Assembly: GCA_944358875.1 (NCBI GenBank)
Contig: CALVRZ010000003.1
Location: 1-54,791, forward strand
Length of the DNA stretch: 54,791 nucleotides
DNA from: an uncultured Bacilli bacterium
GTDB lineage: Bacteria > Bacillota_I > Bacilli_A > RF39 > UBA660
Direction of reading: 5' to 3'
Numbering within the stretch: the first letter of the stretch is position 1; every line of letters starts with the position of its first letter. The notes beneath the pieces were generated by a model. That model made no database searches, was not told the origin of the DNA, and saw nothing but the letters and a program-made list of their open reading frames with translations. Of this stretch, positions 38,101 to 49,298 are shown in pieces. The translations under genes and the position numbers were made by a program.

Positions 38101-41100
38101 CTAAAACAAACTAAGTTGACTCGTCTCTGGCATATCATTAAACATACCCATAAGACGCATCTTATCAATTAATGTCTGTGAAACTTTACATCTATTTTGA
38201 AAATCTTCAACACTAATAAATGGACCTTTTCTAGCTTCATCGTAAATACTTTTAGCGACAATATCTCCTAGTCCATCAATACTTCTAAATGGTGGTATTA
38301 AACTCTTACCATCTTCATTGATAATAAAATCCTTATAGTGGGATTTATATAAATCCAAATTCTTAAATGTAAAACCTCTTGCCGTCATCTCTAAAGCTGA
38401 TCCTAAAACATCTAAAATATTATCTTCTTTATTACTACGATCAAAACCTTTCAAATTAAGTTCATCAATTCTTCTCTTAATAGCATCATAGCCATGAATC
38501 ATTGTTTCAATATCAAAATCAAAACAACGAATTGAAAAGTAAGCATAATAATAATATATAGGTTTATAAACTTTATACCAAGCAACCCGACAACACATCA
38601 TAATATACGCTGTCGCGTGAGCTTTCGGGAACATGTATTCAATTCTCTTACAAGATTCAATATACCATTCTGGAATATTATTTTCTTTTAATTCTGTCGC
38701 CCATTTAATCCAACCTTCAGGATCTTTCTTAGCTTTTCCCTTACGAACAAACTCCATAATCTTAAAAGCATGCAAAGGTTCAATTCCCCATTTCATTAAA
38801 GTTACCATAATATCATCACGACAACCAATAACTTCTTTAAATGGAATTTCAATCTGTTTACCATCTGCTAGGGTAAAAGTACCAGCGACTAATTCTTGTG
38901 CATTATTAGCCCAGACGTTAGTACCATGTGATAAACCAGATACCTTAACTAATTCTCCAAAAGAACTAGGTTTAGTTTCTGTAAGCATATTAATAACAAA
39001 CCTTGTTCCTGTTTCTGGTAATCCTAGCGAACCCGTCTCACACATAATTTGTTCTTTCGTAACCCCTAAGGCTTCCGGCGAAGAAAATAAACTAAAGACC
39101 TTTTTATCATCCATTGGAATATCGTCGATACTCATACCACTGATATCCAAAAGATACTTAAGCATCGTCGGATCATCGTGTGCTAGAATATCTAGTTTAA
39201 GTAGATTATCTTCAATTGAGTGATATTCAAATTGGGTTGTTCGCCATCTCGATGAAGTATCTTCCGCTGGATACTGAAATGGTGTAAAATCAAAAATATC
39301 CATATAACCAGGTACGACGACGATACCTCCTGGATGTTGGCCTGTTGTTCTCTTAACGCCCGTACATCCCATAGCTAGTCTCTCAATTTCGGCACTTCTA
39401 ACATTGATAATTCCTTTATCCTCAAAATAACCCTTAACAAAACCAAAAGCCGTTTTCTCAGCAACCGTACCAACAGTTCCCGCTCTATAGACATAATCAG
39501 GTCCAAACAATACCTTCGTATACTCATGAGCTTCAGATTGATAAATTGAAGAGAAATTAAGATCAATATCAGGTACTTTATCAGCATTAAAACCTAAGAA
39601 TGTTTCAAAGGGAATATCTTGGCCATTCTTATCCATTTTCGTTCCACATTCACATATCCGATCCGGTAAATCATACCCTGAAGCATACTCTTCCGCTAAA
39701 ACATGACCATCTACTTCAAACAAAGTCTTATGACAATTAGGACATACATAATGTGGTGGTAAAGGATTAACTTCTGTAATACCCATCATCGTTGCTACCA
39801 AAGAAGATCCAACACTACCACGTGACCCAACGATAAAACCATCATCATTCGATTTCTTAACTAATTTTTGGGCAATCAAATAAATAACGTCGTAATGTCC
39901 CCCAATAATACCATTAAGCTCTCTTTCAAGTCGTTTCTCGATTAATTCTGGTAATTCTTCCCCATAAATCGATTTAGCTTTCGTATAGACAAGATCTCTA
40001 ACGGTCTGTTCTGAATTCTCAATAACCGGTGCAAAAGGATGTCCACCCGTATCTCTAATAACTTCAATTTCTTCGATCATATCAGCAATCATATTCGTAT
40101 TAGTAACCACAATTTCATAAGCCGTATCTTTATCAATGAAAGAAAAATCATCTAACATTTCTCTTGTCGTTCTAAAATGCATCGAAGGAATACTCGTAAT
40201 TCCCTTCTTATTTAAAGGATGCCTTCCTCCACCGGGTACTTTCTGATTAACAATAATCTCCCGATATATCTTATCATCGGGATCCAAATGATGAACATCT
40301 CCAGTAGCCACAACTATTTTTGATGATTCCTTAGCTACCCTTATAATCTTAGCAATATTATTCTTAAGATCATTCATACTAGGAAAATCCCCTGTTTGAA
40401 CCAAATGTTCACAAACACTAGGAGGTTGTACTTCAATATAATCATAAAATTTCATGATATTAGAAAGTTCTTCATCACTTTTCGTTCTAGCCATATCAAA
40501 CACTTCACCATTGACACAAGCTGAACCAATCAAAATTCCCTCTCTAAGCTCGTTCAAAACACTACGTAAAATTCTAGGTCCCTTATAATAATAAGTTGTA
40601 TTAGCATAAGAAATAATCTTAAACATATTTTTAAGTCCCGTTAAATTCTTAGCTAACATCGTAAAATGATAAGCATTACCTAAAGTATGTAATTCATTCT
40701 TATCGATAATCTTATTAAGATCACTAATCTTCTCAACATTTCTGTTTACAAGTTCTTTAATCATCTTATAAAAAACATAAGCCGTACCTTCAGCATCATA
40801 ATCCGCTCTATGATGAGCATCTTCATCCCATGGAACATTATATTTCTTTACTAATGCTGACAAATTATGTCTACCTTGGGAAGGATTCATTGCCCTACTT
40901 AATTCTAGTGTATCAATAACAGTATTAGTAAAAGTACCAAAATTATATTTCTGATGTGCCATTTCCAAGAAAGATACATCGAATTTAGCATTATGTGCAA
41001 CCATTGGTAAATCTCCGTACCAATCAATAAATCTTCTTACCGCATTCTCTTCATTATCCTTATCCACAAGCATATCATCAGTAATATTCGTAAGTTCCGT

Positions 41101-42441
41101 TATTTTAGGAGGTAGCTTTCTTCCAGGATTAATCAATTCATCAAAACGATCAATAATTTCACCATTACATATTTTGACTGCTCCAATTTCAATAATCGTA
41201 TCTCCTCCACCAGCACTAAAACCAGTCGTTTCAAAGTCAAAAACAACATATGTATTATCCAAAAGTTTACTATCATTTTCTCTAAAACAAATATCGATTG
41301 AATCATCGACCAAAGATAGTTCACACCCATATAATATTTTCATTTCTTTAGCCATATGAAAAGCCTCTGGAAAAGCCTGTGCTCCTGAATGATCCGTAAT
41401 AGCTATTGCTTTATGTCCCCATTTAATAGCCCTTTTAATCAAATCTTTAGCGCTCACTACCCCATCCATTTGACTCATCAAAGTATGAGCATGAAGTTCA
41501 ACCCTCTTAACCTCTTCATCATCACTTCTAATCTCATTATTTTCTTTATCAACCAAATTAACATCCTTATATCTCGTATTAAAAACCAGTTCATTAGCAT
41601 ATCTATCCATTGCTACTTTACCATAAAATTGATACCACTTACCAACTTTAATTAAATCCTTAATTCTAGCATACTCTTCATCATCTTTAGTAATCATCTT
41701 AACATAAATACTATCTTTATCATCTGTTACTTTCAAAGTAATAATCTTATAACCACTTCTAGCTTCAAAATAATCGACTCCAAATACTCTAGCTTCGATG
41801 TTAATATTTTCAACTTCATATAAAATATCACTTAAATTAGTAATTTCCGTACTCTTTTTAGGTCGATAATAACTAGGTTTATCCTCTTTTTCTACTGTCT
41901 TGGGGATAACTTTAACCTGAGGCACTTCTACTTTCATTTCATCATTAATTGCTTGTAGTAAATCCTCATCACCATCTTCTTTTAAAATAACATTCAAATT
42001 AACACCACTAAAACCAAAATCATGCAATTTATCATTAATATAATTAATTTTTTCAATCATATTAATCTTTTCAACTTTATTAAAAACACTAAAATAAATA
42101 TCATCATCATTAAACTCTAACTCTCTATCACTAAAAACTTTATATCGAACATTTAATTTAACTAATTCATCAATAATAACCTTAAAATAATCATTAATCT
42201 TACTATAAGTAATATTCTTAGCCTTAATTGCTAAAACAACATCAACTCTATTAAAAGTATCCTTTAACTTATTAAATAATTCAAAATATATATCACATGG
42301 TAAAATACTATCAACTTCAATAATAAATTTCCATATTTTATTATTATCATATACAATAACTTTATCTAAACTAGCTTTATCAAAGTAACTTTCTTCATTA
42401 AAACTAATACTATCAAATAATTTTTTTAATTTATCTTGCAT
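38101..42441 (-). CDS. polC: DNA polymerase III, PolC type
   Basis: PHP (ELHAHT), exonuclease (DFETTG), GSRGSVGSS, PDIDLNFS. Confidence 0.98.
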   Translation of the reverse strand: MQDKLKKLFDSISFNEESYFDKASLDKVIVYDNNKIWKFIIEVDSILPCDIYFELFNKLKDTFNRVDVVLAIKAKNITYSKINDYFKVIIDELVKLNVRYKVFSDRELEFNDDDIYFSVFNKVEKINMIEKINYINDKLHDFGFSGVNLNVILKEDGDEDLLQAINDEMKVEVPQVKVIPKTVEKEDKPSYYRPKKSTEITNLSDILYEVENINIEARVFGVDYFEARSGYKIITLKVTDDKDSIYVKMITKDDEEYARIKDLIKVGKWYQFYGKVAMDRYANELVFNTRYKDVNLVDKENNEIRSDDEEVKRVELHAHTLMSQMDGVVSAKDLIKRAIKWGHKAIAITDHSGAQAFPEAFHMAKEMKILYGCELSLVDDSIDICFRENDSKLLDNTYVVFDFETTGFSAGGGDTIIEIGAVKICNGEIIDRFDELINPGRKLPPKITELTNITDDMLVDKDNEENAVRRFIDWYGDLPMVAHNAKFDVSFLEMAHQKYNFGTFTNTVIDTLELSRAMNPSQGRHNLSALVKKYNVPWDEDAHHRADYDAEGTAYVFYKMIKELVNRNVEKISDLNKIIDKNELHTLGNAYHFTMLAKNLTGLKNMFKIISYANTTYYYKGPRILRSVLNELREGILIGSACVNGEVFDMARTKSDEELSNIMKFYDYIEVQPPSVCEHLVQTGDFPSMNDLKNNIAKIIRVAKESSKIVVATGDVHHLDPDDKIYREIIVNQKVPGGGRHPLNKKGITSIPSMHFRTTREMLDDFSFIDKDTAYEIVVTNTNMIADMIEEIEVIRDTGGHPFAPVIENSEQTVRDLVYTKAKSIYGEELPELIEKRLERELNGIIGGHYDVIYLIAQKLVKKSNDDGFIVGSRGSVGSSLVATMMGITEVNPLPPHYVCPNCHKTLFEVDGHVLAEEYASGYDLPDRICECGTKMDKNGQDIPFETFLGFNADKVPDIDLNFSSIYQSEAHEYTKVLFGPDYVYRAGTVGTVAEKTAFGFVKGYFEDKGIINVRSAEIERLAMGCTGVKRTTGQHPGGIVVVPGYMDIFDFTPFQYPAEDTSSRWRTTQFEYHSIEDNLLKLDILAHDDPTMLKYLLDISGMSIDDIPMDDKKVFSLFSSPEALGVTKEQIMCETGSLGLPETGTRFVINMLTETKPSSFGELVKVSGLSHGTNVWANNAQELVAGTFTLADGKQIEIPFKEVIGCRDDIMVTLMKWGIEPLHAFKIMEFVRKGKAKKDPEGWIKWATELKENNIPEWYIESCKRIEYMFPKAHATAYIMMCCRVAWYKVYKPIYYYYAYFSIRCFDFDIETMIHGYDAIKRRIDELNLKGFDRSNKEDNILDVLGSALEMTARGFTFKNLDLYKSHYKDFIINEDGKSLIPPFRSIDGLGDIVAKSIYDEARKGPFISVEDFQNRCKVSQTLIDKMRLMGMFNDMPETSQLSLF

Positions 42442-42548
42442 TCTACCACCCTACCACTTTCTTGCTTTATTTATTGTACCAAAAAAAAGATGGATAATAA
42501 ATACTTTTATCCAAACTTTTCTAAATTAATTAAATCCCCAAATACTAA

Positions 42549-43346
42549 TTACATTATTTTTTTTCTAACCAAATCCCTTTTTGGCTCTTCTAAATTACTA
42601 ATAATATTCTCCTTAGGTATAATAACTTTCCTTGTCACTAACTTAAACTTATCTTTTCCCATACAAACTACCTCAAAGAAGAAAATATCAAACATGCCAT
42701 CTTGAATTTTAATATATAAATAATTTTGACAATGATAGTAAACTCCCTGTACAATAGGATAATATTTAATATCCTCAATCTTCTTTTTAACATCAACTAT
42801 TCCATCATCATAACCTCTAATCAAATTAAATAAACGATGATTTTGTTTTTGAAATTCATACTCAAGTTCACATATTTCATCATCACTAGGAATACCAAAA
42901 TCACTAACAACTGAACCATCTATTTCATTATTAGCATAAAGAACACCTTTTTTCAAATCAACAACATATAACCCATCCATCTTCTCATCATTAAATACAA
43001 AACCATCTTCTAACTCTTTTCTTGTTAAAATAACTTCATTAATATCTTCCTTTGGTTGAAAACAATATTCATCCACTACACACCCCATATCATCTTTAAA
43101 ATATTTTCTCATCATAATATCTGCTTCTCTTAGTGAACTCTTAAAAATCAAATATTCTTTATTAAAATTAAAACGCAGACCAACTTCATTTTTACTCCGT
43201 GTGTATCCAAATTTATCATACACTATTCTATTATCCTTAACTAGTAATAAAATGCCATCTTTATCGATAATTAAAGTATCTCTCACATATTCCTCTTTTA
43301 CATAAATATTATCTAATATATAATTTCTCCTATTCACCCTTTCCAT
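42549..43346 (-). CDS. Hypothetical protein
   Basis: 265-aa ORF with RBS and basic tail. Confidence 0.7.
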   Translation of the reverse strand: MERVNRRNYILDNIYVKEEYVRDTLIIDKDGILLLVKDNRIVYDKFGYTRSKNEVGLRFNFNKEYLIFKSSLREADIMMRKYFKDDMGCVVDEYCFQPKEDINEVILTRKELEDGFVFNDEKMDGLYVVDLKKGVLYANNEIDGSVVSDFGIPSDDEICELEYEFQKQNHRLFNLIRGYDDGIVDVKKKIEDIKYYPIVQGVYYHCQNYLYIKIQDGMFDIFFFEVVCMGKDKFKLVTRKVIIPKENIISNLEEPKRDLVRKKIM

Positions 43347-43527
43347 TTAACCACTTCTCCTAACTACTAATAATATATGGTAGTATAACATAAAATGCTT
43401 AATTAAAACAACACTTTATTTACAATTTTGAACTAAAAAAGTAAATTCTCCTATATTATTTAATTTAATGTTTCTTTCTTTATTTACATTTTACTAAACA
43501 TAACTTATAATTATAATAGGTGATAAC

Positions 43528-45450
43528 ATGAAATTAAATAATAAAGGATATTTATTAGTGGAAATAATTGTTGCGTCAGTTTTAGCAATGACCATTGCCT
43601 ATTTTCTAATTGATCTAACTTTAAATCTCAAAGAAAAAAATGATGATGTTTTTGTTGATACCATTTTAATTACAGACAAAGTTTTAATCACCGATCAAAT
43701 TATGCGAGATATAAATAATTATAAATTAACTAAGATAAATCAAAATGTCGAAACGCCCAATATTGTTGACTTAACTTTCACTAACTTTACTAAAAGAATA
43801 ACTATTACTAATAATAATGACCAATATATCTTTCAATATGGATTAATTGATGAAACAAATAACTATAACTCTAATGCATATTATAAAGAATTTAACTCTA
43901 GTTTAGATGTAAGAAATCCCATTATCACGACATCATGCTATCAAGATAATAATTTCATCTCATGTAATAGTAATCACGATAAAGGATTACTAAAAATAAA
44001 CATTGATGCTTATACTCTATATAGTGATACCAATTATGGAATAACTATTGAAATACCATACAATACTAAAGAATTAACTGTCGAAACTATATCACCACCA
44101 GATATTTTTACTCCAACCATTAGCAATATTACCGAGACAAGTTTTACAATAAATGCAAAAGCTAATAGTAAAGCACCAATCAAAGAATATGAATACTATG
44201 TTGATAACGAACTAAAATGTAAAACTAGTAATGAAACGTGTAATGTTATTAATTTACAAGCTGGACAAACATATACCATCTATGTCAAAGCAACTAATGA
44301 ATTTAATCTATCGACAAACTCTAATCAAGTAACGGCAACTACTATTAAAAAGCCCAATTATCTCTATTATACAACTTCTGATGAAGGAAGCTATAATATG
44401 TATTTCTATCGTTGTAACACCGATGGTTCTTCTTGCCAAAGACTAAGTACATTAAAAGGATTTGCTAACAGTGTAGGTGGATCGTTTGGTCCTAAAATTA
44501 TTGCTAGTAAAAATTATCTATACTATACCACTTCTGATGAAGGAAGCTATAATATGTATTTCTATCGCTGCAACTCCGATGGTTCTTCTTGCCAAAGATT
44601 ATCCAATCTCAAAGGATTTGCCAATTATTTAGGAGGTTCCTTTGGCCCTGAAATCGTTGCTAATAATAACTATTTATATTATACAACCTCAGATGATGGT
44701 AGTTATAATATGGACTTATATCGTTGTAATGCTGATGGTTCTTCCTGTCAAAGAATAACATCACTAAAAGGATTTGCTAATGGTGCTGGTGGTTCGTATG
44801 GACCTACTCTTATATTAAATAATGATTATCTATACTATACAACCTCAGATGATGGTAGCTATAATATGGACTTATATCGTTGTAATGCTGATGGTTCTTC
44901 CTGTCAAAGAATAACATCACTAAAATGTTTTGCCAATAGTCTTGGAGGAGCATACGGTCCTCAAATAAAACTAAGTAATAATTATCTATACTATACCACT
45001 TCAAATGATGGAAGCTACAACATGGAATTATATCGTTGTAACACTGATGGTTCTTCCTGTCAAAGAATAACATCACTAAAAGGATTTGCTAATAGTTTAG
45101 GTGGTGATTTCGGACCAGAAATAGCATTAAGCAATAATTATCTATATTATACAGCCTCAGATGATGGTAGTTACAACATGTACTTATATCGTTGTAATGC
45201 TGATGGTTCTTCTTGCCAAAGATTATCTAATCTCAAAGGATTTGCCAACTATGTAGGTGGGGCTTTTGGTCCAAAAATCCATCTAAGTGAAGATTATTTA
45301 TACTATACCACTTCTGACGAAGGAAGCTATAATATGTATTTCTATCGTTGTAATACTGACGGTTCTTCTTGCCAAAGACTAAGTACATTAAAAGGATTTG
45401 CTAACTATCTAGGAGGTTCATTTGGTCCCGAGTTCACTACCAATTACTAA
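43528..45450 (+). CDS. Prepilin-type surface protein: pilin N-terminus, FN3 domain and 7 x 52-aa repeats (probable beta-propeller)
   Basis: KG|YLLVEIIVA; NLQAGQTYTIYVKATN; repeats YLYYTTSDxGSYNMxxYRCNxDGSSCQR..LKGFAN..GG.FGP. Confidence 0.85.
   Translation: MKLNNKGYLLVEIIVASVLAMTIAYFLIDLTLNLKEKNDDVFVDTILITDKVLITDQIMRDINNYKLTKINQNVETPNIVDLTFTNFTKRITITNNNDQYIFQYGLIDETNNYNSNAYYKEFNSSLDVRNPIITTSCYQDNNFISCNSNHDKGLLKINIDAYTLYSDTNYGITIEIPYNTKELTVETISPPDIFTPTISNITETSFTINAKANSKAPIKEYEYYVDNELKCKTSNETCNVINLQAGQTYTIYVKATNEFNLSTNSNQVTATTIKKPNYLYYTTSDEGSYNMYFYRCNTDGSSCQRLSTLKGFANSVGGSFGPKIIASKNYLYYTTSDEGSYNMYFYRCNSDGSSCQRLSNLKGFANYLGGSFGPEIVANNNYLYYTTSDDGSYNMDLYRCNADGSSCQRITSLKGFANGAGGSYGPTLILNNDYLYYTTSDDGSYNMDLYRCNADGSSCQRITSLKCFANSLGGAYGPQIKLSNNYLYYTTSNDGSYNMELYRCNTDGSSCQRITSLKGFANSLGGDFGPEIALSNNYLYYTASDDGSYNMYLYRCNADGSSCQRLSNLKGFANYVGGAFGPKIHLSEDYLYYTTSDEGSYNMYFYRCNTDGSSCQRLSTLKGFANYLGGSFGPEFTTNY
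44356..45447 (+). repeat. 7 x 156-bp intragenic tandem repeat
   Basis: Period 156 bp; seven units end exactly at the stop codon. Confidence 0.93.
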
Positions 45451-45661
45451 AGGAATTCATTCATAAGAATTCCTTTTTCATTTAACCCCTGCCATTGTAT
45501 ATATCAAATTATTAATATAGCTAACAATAATATGTAGTTACATTAAGTTTCAAAAATCTTTACATTTTTAATGTCAAATGAAAGAATGTAATCTCAAGTA
45601 AGAGATCTTTTTAAAGAATAAATATGGAAAATATTTCTCTTTTATAGTATAATTAAGTAAG

Positions 45662-46213
45662 GTGATATTTGTGAAATGTCAAACATATTTTAAACAAAGA
45701 AACTATGCCAATCGTGGTATGACTTTAGAATCCGATATTAATATCACTAATGAATACTATATTGAAAATAACATAGCCTTAATATATAAAAAGCCTACTC
45801 CCATTAAAGTAGCTAAAATTGATTATTCGCATAACAAAATAACCGATGCCTACTTCGAATGTCCTTCCACCTTAGACTATAATGGTATCTATCAAGGTAA
45901 ATATATTGAATTTGATGCTAAAGAAACCAATAGTAAAACATCTTTTCCTATTGCTAACATTCATAAACATCAAATCGAACATATTAAACGTGTTATTGAC
46001 CAACGAGGAATTGTCTTTCTCCTTGTAAGATTTAATTTACTAAATGAAAATTATATTCTTATGGGACAAGATCTTATTACTTTTTTAAATACTAACAAAA
46101 GAAAATCAATTCCCCATGAATACTTTACTCAAAAAGGCTATCCTGTTCAATTAAAATACACACCTAGATTAGATTATTTAAAAGAAATAAATAAAATAAT
46201 GGAGGTATTATGA
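45662..46213 (+). CDS. recU: Holliday junction resolvase RecU
   Basis: NRGMTLE, KKPTPI, STLDYNG, FDAKET. Confidence 0.96.
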   Translation: MIFVKCQTYFKQRNYANRGMTLESDINITNEYYIENNIALIYKKPTPIKVAKIDYSHNKITDAYFECPSTLDYNGIYQGKYIEFDAKETNSKTSFPIANIHKHQIEHIKRVIDQRGIVFLLVRFNLLNENYILMGQDLITFLNTNKRKSIPHEYFTQKGYPVQLKYTPRLDYLKEINKIMEVL

Positions 46214-49200
46214 AAAATTTTTTAAAGAAACTAGATAAGTTAGAAATAATCATGGGACTTCTCTTTCTCGTAATTAGCATTATTTCTATTATCAATTTTG
46301 GTTTAGTTGGAGCCTTAATTATTCCAATCCTTATTATTCTAATTATTATATATTATAATAGTGACACAATCGTAAAACAACTAAATAAGAAAAAAGGAAA
46401 GAAAAAGTCAAATATAAAAAATAAAACCAAAAAGACATTAAAGCCTAATGATAATGAAGAGAACATCAAAGATATTATCATTGATAGTGAAGAAGAAGAC
46501 ATTATTGAAGGTACTTTAAATGAAAAGAAAGAAGTGGGAAATATGAAAAAAATAAGTTCAAAAAGTAAGAAAGGCAAAAGAAAAGGCCATTCAAGTAAAA
46601 GCAAAAGTAATTCTAATCTAAAAGAAAGAATATTAAAAATCTTTATTATTGTTTTCTCAGCGGGTGTTTTTGCTGTTAGTGGCTTTATGCTCTATATTAT
46701 TATAAGCTCTGGTACCTTTGATCCAGAAAAATTAGCTAACCAAGATCAAACCGTCGTCTATGATATCGATGGTGAAGTAATTGCTACTCTAGGAAGAGAA
46801 AAAAGAGAGACGGTTACTTATGATCAATTACCTCAGGTCCTAGTAGATGCCATCATTGCTACTGAAGATTCAAGATTCTTTGAACATAATGGTGTCGATA
46901 TGGCAAGATTCATAAAAGCTTCCGTCGGCCAACTTTTAGGTAATAGTGATGCTGGTGGTGCCTCTACTCTAACCATGCAAGTTGTAAAAAATAACTTAAC
47001 ATCGACAGAAAAATCAATTATTCGTAAATTTAAAGATGTCTATATCTCCGTCTTTATCCTAGAAAGAAATTATAGTAAAGAAGAAATCCTAGAATTTTAT
47101 GTTAATGATAGTCTTTTAGGAGGAAATGTCTATGGTGTTGAACAAGCTTCACAATACTACTTTGGTAAATCAGTATCTGAATTAAGTTTACCAGAAGCAT
47201 CCCTTATCGCAGGACTTTTCCAATCACCAAATGGTTATAATCCATACAATAATCCTGAAGGCGCTACTGAACGTCGTAATACCGTTTTAAAACTAATGGT
47301 AAGACATGGCTATATAACTCAAGAAGAAGCTGACTTAGCTAATAGTGTTTCTGTTGAAAGTCTTCTAACCGGCAGTGGCGAAGAAATGAACTATCAAGGT
47401 TATATTGATACTGTTGTCGATGAAATCATTGAAAAAACAGATAATGATCCATATCTAATTCCTATGAAGATATATACCGCTATGGATAAAGATATTCAAG
47501 ATGGTATTAACAAAGTATTATCTGGTGAAGACCATGAATGGGCTGATGAATATGTTCAAGCTGGTATCGCCGTTGTCGACGTTAATAATGGTGCTATCTC
47601 TGCTATAGGAGCGGGTCGTAATCGTGAAGGTGAAAGAACATGGAACTTTGCTACTCAAGAAATAAGACACCCAGGTTCTACTGCTAAACCATTATTTGAT
47701 TATGGACCAGGTTTTGAATATAACAATTTCTCTACCTATACTCTATTTAATGATGAACCATGGCAATATACTGATGGACCAGAAGTAGGAAACTGGGATG
47801 GATCATATCAAGGATTAATCACTTTAAGACAAGCACTTAGTGTTTCAAGAAATATTCCGGCCTTAAAAGCTTTCCAACAAGTAAGTAAGAAAAATATTAT
47901 TAGTTTTGTTGAAAGCCTTGGTATTGAACCTGAAAAAGATGGTAACTCCATTCATGAAGCTCACGCAATTGGTGCTTTTGAAAAAGGAGCTACACCACTT
48001 CAAATGGCTGCTGCTTATGCTGCTTTTGCCAGTGGTGGTTACTATACTGAGCCATATACTGTTACCAAAATAGAATATCGTGATACCGGTGAAGTTGAAG
48101 AATTCAAAGCGGATCGTGAACGTGTTATGTCAGATTCGACAGCTTACCTTATGAATAACGTTTTACAATACGCCGTTGAATACGGCTTTAATGGTGGTGC
48201 TCGTGTTTATGGCTCAACTGTTGCCGCTAAAACCGGTACATCAACATTTGATGAAAACACACTAAAAACATTAGGATTACCATCATCTGCCGTTAAAGAT
48301 TTATGGACGGTAGCCTATACTCCTGAATACTCTATTGCCCTATGGTATGGATATCAAGATGCATCTAGCGAACATTATCTAACTGGTGCCTCAGCACCAA
48401 AAGATGCCGTTATGTCATCAATTATGAAATATATTCCTAAAACAACTAAACAATTTGAAATGCCAGATTCCGTTGTCGCTTCACAAGTAGAATTCGGAAC
48501 ATGGCCTGCTCAATTAGCAAGTGAATATACTCCATCAGATCTAATTAGAACTGAATACTTCAAAAAAGGAACAGAACCTACTGAAGTATCTCAAAGATTT
48601 GCAAAATTAGATCCTGTCACTAACTTAAAAGCCACAACAAATGGTAACACTGTTCGTCTAACTTGGAGTGGTGAAACACCAGAGATTTTAACCGAAAGTT
48701 ATTTAAGAGAATATTTTAGTCAATCCGTCTTTGGTAATGGTACTGAAAGTTTCGTTAATCAAAGATTAAGTTACAATAACAACACTCTAGGTGGTTATGG
48801 TTATGGTATCTATGTTAAAAGTTCCAGTGGCAACCTAACTCAAGTTGGTTTCACTACTGATAATAGTTATACTTATAATGCAACCATGGGCGGTAATATT
48901 ACTATTGTTGTTAAAGCCGAATATCGTAGTTTTAAAGCCAATGCTAGTGATGGTGTCGAAGTCGATGTCAATGTATCTGGTGGTGGTAGTGTCAGTGATG
49001 ATAGCTTAAGCCTAGATATAGGAGCAAGTAATTTAACTCCATCTGTTGGTAATTATACTGAACCAGGTGTAACCGTTACCTATAATGGCGAAGACGTTAC
49101 TGATGAAGCAACCATTAGTTACACCGTTACTATTGATGGAAACAGTCACAGTGTCACTTCTCCTAGTGAAGTCGAAAGACTAATCAATGAACAATCTGCC

Positions 49201-49281
49201 GGTACCTACTATATTAGATATCGCGCTACCTACCAAGGTGAAAGTGCTGAAGCAACAAGAACTGTAACTGTCCATAACTAA
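46210..49281 (+). CDS. ponA: Class A penicillin-binding protein 1A
   Basis: EDSRFFEH, GASTLTMQ, STAK, SRN, KTG; follows recU. Confidence 0.93.
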   Translation: MKNFLKKLDKLEIIMGLLFLVISIISIINFGLVGALIIPILIILIIIYYNSDTIVKQLNKKKGKKKSNIKNKTKKTLKPNDNEENIKDIIIDSEEEDIIEGTLNEKKEVGNMKKISSKSKKGKRKGHSSKSKSNSNLKERILKIFIIVFSAGVFAVSGFMLYIIISSGTFDPEKLANQDQTVVYDIDGEVIATLGREKRETVTYDQLPQVLVDAIIATEDSRFFEHNGVDMARFIKASVGQLLGNSDAGGASTLTMQVVKNNLTSTEKSIIRKFKDVYISVFILERNYSKEEILEFYVNDSLLGGNVYGVEQASQYYFGKSVSELSLPEASLIAGLFQSPNGYNPYNNPEGATERRNTVLKLMVRHGYITQEEADLANSVSVESLLTGSGEEMNYQGYIDTVVDEIIEKTDNDPYLIPMKIYTAMDKDIQDGINKVLSGEDHEWADEYVQAGIAVVDVNNGAISAIGAGRNREGERTWNFATQEIRHPGSTAKPLFDYGPGFEYNNFSTYTLFNDEPWQYTDGPEVGNWDGSYQGLITLRQALSVSRNIPALKAFQQVSKKNIISFVESLGIEPEKDGNSIHEAHAIGAFEKGATPLQMAAAYAAFASGGYYTEPYTVTKIEYRDTGEVEEFKADRERVMSDSTAYLMNNVLQYAVEYGFNGGARVYGSTVAAKTGTSTFDENTLKTLGLPSSAVKDLWTVAYTPEYSIALWYGYQDASSEHYLTGASAPKDAVMSSIMKYIPKTTKQFEMPDSVVASQVEFGTWPAQLASEYTPSDLIRTEYFKKGTEPTEVSQRFAKLDPVTNLKATTNGNTVRLTWSGETPEILTESYLREYFSQSVFGNGTESFVNQRLSYNNNTLGGYGYGIYVKSSSGNLTQVGFTTDNSYTYNATMGGNITIVVKAEYRSFKANASDGVEVDVNVSGGGSVSDDSLSLDIGASNLTPSVGNYTEPGVTVTYNGEDVTDEATISYTVTIDGNSHSVTSPSEVERLINEQSAGTYYIRYRATYQGESAEATRTVTVHN

Positions 49282-49298
49282 AGAGTAATCAATTAAGA

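Noticed and set aside
38633-39223. 196-aa antisense ORF and other short ORFs inside polC, polA, thrS, ponA and cca
   Set aside because: Shadow ORFs of conserved genes with no recognisable motifs.
44356-45447. Possible second DGR target or CRISPR array
   Set aside because: In-frame coding repeats with no similarity to the TR; differences are not adenine-restricted.
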